64,000 nucleotides of DNA from Raillietiella orientalis (taxonomy: Eukaryota): assembly GCA_036172245.1 (NCBI GenBank), contig JAYWIR010000041.1, positions 1,488,001 through 1,552,000 of the forward strand, in the 5' to 3' direction. The position numbers and the translations under genes are program-made. Shown one piece after another: positions 61,800 through 64,000 of the stretch. The notes beneath the pieces were generated by a model, which worked only from the letters and a program-made list of their open reading frames with translations, did not search any database and had not been told where the DNA came from. Positions within the stretch are counted from its first letter, which is position 1. Each line of letters starts with the position of its first letter.

Positions 61800-62640
61800 A
61801 GAAAACTTCGATTCAACTTGATAATTGAAATTATGCTTTGGTAATTAAGCTCCATTTTGGAGATTCCGGTTTTCCCCTGCGATGTTCGAAGTATCGTACG
61901 AGGCATCCATCTACTTCGAACCTTTCAGTCGCGCTGAAAGTCTTCAGCTTCATTTCGTTGATCTAGGGAGTATGATAGAATTCTTCTGCAACCTGGAAGC
62001 TTCTAGGCATAAGAAGAGTTCATTCGGAAGCGGCTCCTCTAAGCAGATAAGTCCTCATGGTACTCGAAATGATGTTCCCTCCATCCTTTGTCTCTTCCGT
62101 CTTGTTCAGGCAAGCTAACAGATCCTTTCGAACATTATCAAGCATTGGTTCAGTCCCAGAAATTGTAACTGAAGAAAAGAGCGCCAAACCAACTCTTGCC
62201 TTTTTTACCTAGCAAGCAGGTAGTTTGTCGTCTTGCAAGTTATCTGTGCTTGAATTCGCAAACGGCATTATGAAGATCGAGAGTTCACCCGATGCTGTCG
62301 ATTCAGATCCCGATCTCACATCGGAAGTTCCTGTGAAGTTATTGATGCTTTCCTTGCATGCAGAAGACGAATTCCCGTAAGGATGAAGTTGCAGTGGCTG
62401 GATAACCCGTAACTGGGTTATCCAGTCATTGCCACTTTTCCTCGAGAAGAATTGATGCTGGATGTCTTCGGCATAAGACTCCCTTGTTTTGGAAAGATCT
62501 ATTAGAAAGCGATTTTTCCTTTAAAAGGTGGCGACACGATTTTGGAGCCGATGTGCCGTGACTAACCCGAAAACACTTGAACTTGGCTTTTCACTTCCTC
62601 AAACAGACGAAGCCTACTTGCAGCTTTTACTCCACTAAAC
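61800..62640 (-). pseudogene. FBXL-like unit (weak)
   Basis: SYAEDIQHQFFSRKSG ~ DFQRDIEGRVVENISKRCG; LRR-like continuation. Confidence 0.35.
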
Positions 62641-62679
62641 TTGTTACATTGATCCATGTTACTTTTTTTTTCTCTTCTT

Positions 62680-63540
62680 TATCACATAGGCCATCTCTCA
62701 GGATTCTCTTGCTCATTTCTTGATGCGTATGCATTCGTGGCCGTGCATAGATAAAGCATCGTCAGCCCAAATGTTTCCGTGAAACTTATCAGTTCCTTGG
62801 AAGAGACTCTCCTCCAGCACCGTCTTTGGCGCCACGCAGGGCGAATGCTTCCCACCCAAAGGGCATTTTCCTTCTTCTCTTCCTTTGGGCTGGAATCTTC
62901 TATAGGGTATCTCTCAAGTTCTCGCATCTGGCATCACAGTCACCTGCGCAAGAACCAGGGACGTTGCAGCTCTCGCAGAAAGCGAATTTTCGAGAGAACC
63001 GCACGAGAAAACCGAAACCCTTCTACGCATCAGATTTCGATAGTGCACTTTGACCTCGGTCTCCGTCGTTCCGAGTAAAAGTTAGCGCAGGCTAAGTGCT
63101 TGGGCTTCACCCCTCAGTCTTGGCAAACAAATGAATTCAATCAGCAGAAGGATTATCGAAATCCTAGAAACTGCTTACCCCCGATAAAGCAGAACTTTGT
63201 TCCATCGTCCCCTTTCAAATCCTGGTTTTCTTTATCGTGAACTGATTACGTTAATGAAGCGATTGACAGCGTTCTTAAGGGAACTTTGTTTATCAGCCTG
63301 CAATCCCGATCATCTGTTCGCTCCAATTAGACTGAGAGTATGCTTTTCCAGATTCCATGGGGGAAATATTGAAAGTTTATCTTCGTATATGTCTTTTCCT
63401 ATTTGCGAACAGATGGTACTTTTAAATTCGGTAGGAGAAAACTTTCAGAGGAAGAAAGGAATCTGCAGTTCCTAATGAACTCTTCCATTATTCTCAATTC
63501 AGCAAAGCACGAGGCGCATCCATCATTTAGGCTATCTGCA
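62680..63540 (+). pseudogene. FBXL-like unit
   Basis: RLWRHAGRMLPTQR...SIGYLSS (ORF 62779..63078); FLRELCLSACN (ORF 63197..63475). Confidence 0.6.
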
Positions 63541-63559
63541 TGAGCAAACGAACCAAATA

Positions 63560-64000
63560 AGAAAAAAATATATGTTCATTTTTCTTTACTCGTGTCGAAA
63601 CTGGCAGCAGATTTTGCAATTGTGGGTACTCAGTCAGGATTTCCAGAAACATGATTTTTTACATTCCTCTAAACGCTGTATCCGAACTTGTTTGGACACG
63701 GATCAAACTTTTAATCTACATCCCCTCGTTGTCCTCCTTGTCTTCAGAAATTGCTCGAATCGAATTTCTTTCAGGGAGGTCTGGACGAAAAGAACTTCCT
63801 GCTATATGTGTGTCCTTATACAATCAAGGACTCACATGAGCAATGACCCAGGCTGCACCAGGTTTCACCTGTTTTTGTTATTGAGGCTACCCTGATAATA
63901 CCTGGTCTCTAAAAGTAATTTCCGATCATGCGACCGATCTTACTTATTTCTGAATTGCAGTCATTGGAGACACCAGATAGATATGGCTTGTTTTCTTGCA
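63560..64000 (+). pseudogene. FBXL-like 5' part, runs off the window
   Basis: SCRNWQQILQLWVLSQDFQKHDFLHSSKRC...LVFRNCSN (ORF 63572..63895) ~ DGSNWQRIDLFDFQRDIEGRVVENISKRC...TFAQNCRN. Confidence 0.7.

Larger units (their letters stand above)
1..64000. repeat. FBXL2/FBXL20-like: Window-wide array of ~60 decayed intron-less FBXL2/FBXL20-like F-box/LRR coding-sequence copies in mixed orientation
   Basis: Recurrent translated motifs matching recalled FBXL20 segments (F-box LPKELLLRIFSFL; NWQRIDLFDFQRDIEGRVVENISKRCGGFLRKL; VGDNALRTFAQNC; cysteine-containing LRRs; LEKMDL; IELDNCPLITD; ERIEL; LPNIK) appear about every 1 kb on one or other strand; see the individual units. Confidence 0.85.

Noticed and set aside
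1..64000. CRISPR array, prokaryotic operon, intact tRNA or intact host gene
   Set aside because: No regularly spaced identical repeats, no long ORFs with recognisable intact products, and the tRNA-like sequences are only SINE heads.

Overview
Eukaryotic (invertebrate-like) genomic DNA with no intact host gene. Read by eye in six frames, almost the whole window looks like a dense tiling of roughly 60 decayed, intron-less, coding-sequence-only copies (about 0.3-1.4 kb each, both orientations, almost no spacers) of one gene family: an F-box/leucine-rich-repeat protein of the FBXL2/FBXL20 type. The copies are full of stops and frameshifts. They are so diverged from each other that nucleotide repeats are barely visible, and neighbours differ sharply in GC content. 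Diagnostic FBXL20-like peptides recur, e.g. DFQRE/FQRDV, VGDNA, LERMDL, RCGDCL, NWQQI...SKRC, DRIEL, LPKIK/LPNV. Inserted into this array are two L1/Tx1-type 3' fragments, a 5'-truncated NeSL/Utopia-type RLE retrotransposon with a 35-bp target duplication, two copies of a long tRNA-derived SINE, a decayed 28S rRNA fragment and a 34-nt U2 snRNA 5' fragment. The FBXL2/FBXL20 and Drosophila reference motifs were recalled from memory and aligned by eye. Unit boundaries are approximate (about +/-100-150 bp) and need tBLASTn/HMM confirmation.
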